Positions 31,202 to 32,000 of a DNA stretch of 32,000 bases are shown here, piece after piece (the first letter of the stretch is position 1; each line of letters opens with the position of its first letter). This DNA is from Neisseria perflava. GTDB lineage: Bacteria; Pseudomonadota; Gammaproteobacteria; Burkholderiales; Neisseriaceae. Location: the NCBI RefSeq assembly GCF_024170405.1, contig NZ_JALJYC010000004.1:1-32000 (forward strand), read 5' to 3'. A program made the position numbers and the translations under genes. The notes beneath the pieces are model-generated. The model searched no databases, had not been told where the DNA came from, and was given only the letters and a program-made list of their open reading frames with translations.

Positions 31202-32000
31202 ATGACCGCAAATGCTGCGTCTTCAGCCAAACCTTACTTACAGATTCAGGGTTTGGTGAAAAAATTTGGTGACAATTACGCTGTCGATAACATCGACTTG
31301 GACATCTACCAACATGAAATCTTCGCCCTTTTGGGCAGCTCGGGTAGCGGCAAATCCACGCTGCTGCGCATGCTGGCGGGCATGGAGAGTCCGAATCAGG
31401 GCAAAATCATCCTCGACGGTCAGGACATTACCAAACTGGCGCCGTATGAGCGCCCGATTAACATGATGTTCCAAAGCTACGCCCTCTTCCCGCACATGAG
31501 CGTGGAGCAGAATATCGCTTTCGGTTTGAAACAAGACAAAATGCCCAAAGGCGAAATCGACGCACGCGTGGAAGAAATGCTGCGCTTGGTGCAAATGACC
31601 AAATACGCCAAACGCAAACCGCACCAGCTCTCCGGCGGCCAGCAGCAGCGTATCGCGCTGGCCCGCAGTTTGGCCAAGCGCCCGAAACTGCTGCTGCTCG
31701 ACGAACCTTTGGGCGCGTTGGATAAAAAATTGCGCCAGCAAACCCAGTTTGAATTGGTCAACACGCTGGAGCAAGTGGGCGTAACCTGTATCATGGTGAC
31801 CCACGACCAAGAAGAAGCCATGACCATGGCGACCCGCGTGGCGATTATGTCGGAAGGCCAGCTGCAACAAGTTGGCACACCGGGCGACGTGTATGACTAT
31901 CCCAACAGCCGCTTTACCGCCGAATTTATCGGCGAAACCAATATTTTCGACGGCGTAGTGATTGAAGACCATGCCGATTATGCGGTTATCGAGTGCGAAG
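31202..32000 (+). CDS. potA: Spermidine/putrescine-type ABC transporter ATP-binding protein (PotA/PotG family), 3'-truncated by window end
   Basis: The ATG at 31202 begins MTANAASSAKPYLQIQGLVKKFG. Walker A is LLGSSGSGKSTLLRMLAG, the Q-loop is MMFQSYALFPHMSV, the signature is LSGGQQQRIALARSL and Walker B is LLLLDEPLGALD, followed by MVTHDQEEA. It is absent from the ORF track because there is no stop codon in the window. Confidence 0.9.
   Translation, partial: MTANAASSAKPYLQIQGLVKKFGDNYAVDNIDLDIYQHEIFALLGSSGSGKSTLLRMLAGMESPNQGKIILDGQDITKLAPYERPINMMFQSYALFPHMSVEQNIAFGLKQDKMPKGEIDARVEEMLRLVQMTKYAKRKPHQLSGGQQQRIALARSLAKRPKLLLLDEPLGALDKKLRQQTQFELVNTLEQVGVTCIMVTHDQEEAMTMATRVAIMSEGQLQQVGTPGDVYDYPNSRFTAEFIGETNIFDGVVIEDHADYAVIECE

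Noticed and set aside
31238-31972. A 244-aa minus-strand ORF, plus the nested 133-aa ORF at 31477-31878
   Set aside because: It is the antisense shadow of the plus-strand potA gene. potA has unambiguous Walker A, signature and Walker B motifs. The minus-strand product is low-complexity (H/R/Q/F-rich) with no motifs.

Overview
This is a chromosomal segment from a Neisseriaceae-type genome. I counted about 45 copies of the 10-mer DNA uptake sequence GCCGTCTGAA/TTCAGACGGC by manual scan, many as inverted pairs that form intergenic hairpin terminators. All family calls come from motif recognition by eye; no searches were run.

Gene content, left to right:
- The window opens inside the morphogenesis module of an integrated filamentous (Inovirus-like) prophage: a pIII-like adsorption protein, a DUF2523/pVI-like protein, Zot/pI and a 27-aa hydrophobic mini-ORF. 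It ends near a dif-like XerC/D-type site at about 2791-2820.
- The rest is mostly housekeeping: ruvB, bifunctional glutathionylspermidine synthetase/amidase (gss), cca, grcA with a textbook class II FNR promoter, and earP-efp.
- Then rpe, a Spy/CpxP-family periplasmic protein, ribE followed by a DUF815 ATPase, a yciA-like thioesterase and radA.
- Then ctpA, an envC-like gene, creA, yqgE-ruvX and tmRNA (ssrA, tag ANDETYALAA) with a near-consensus promoter.
- Finally a DUF1841 gene, radC and the 5' part of potA.

Accessory or unusual content:
1. A roughly 30% G+C, 201-aa ORF with HEPN-like helices sits with 9-nt gaps between a DUF2130 gene (Zn-ribbon, coiled coil, PD-(D/E)xK-like) and cca. This is my best candidate for an undescribed two-gene defence or abortive-infection module.
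2. A TonB-dependent receptor is divergently paired with a fused SbmA/BacA-type TMD-ABC ATPase (YddA/Rv1819c-like), with no binding protein in the window.
3. A decaying AT-rich islet carries a frameshifted XRE regulator, an 11-bp direct-repeat operator candidate and a frameshifted GT25 glycosyltransferase.
4. There is a 74-bp Correia-like mini-MITE, a 25-bp perfect palindrome and a pair of GTGGGCAAC/GTTGCCCAC palindromes.

I found no CRISPR array, rRNA or tRNA.
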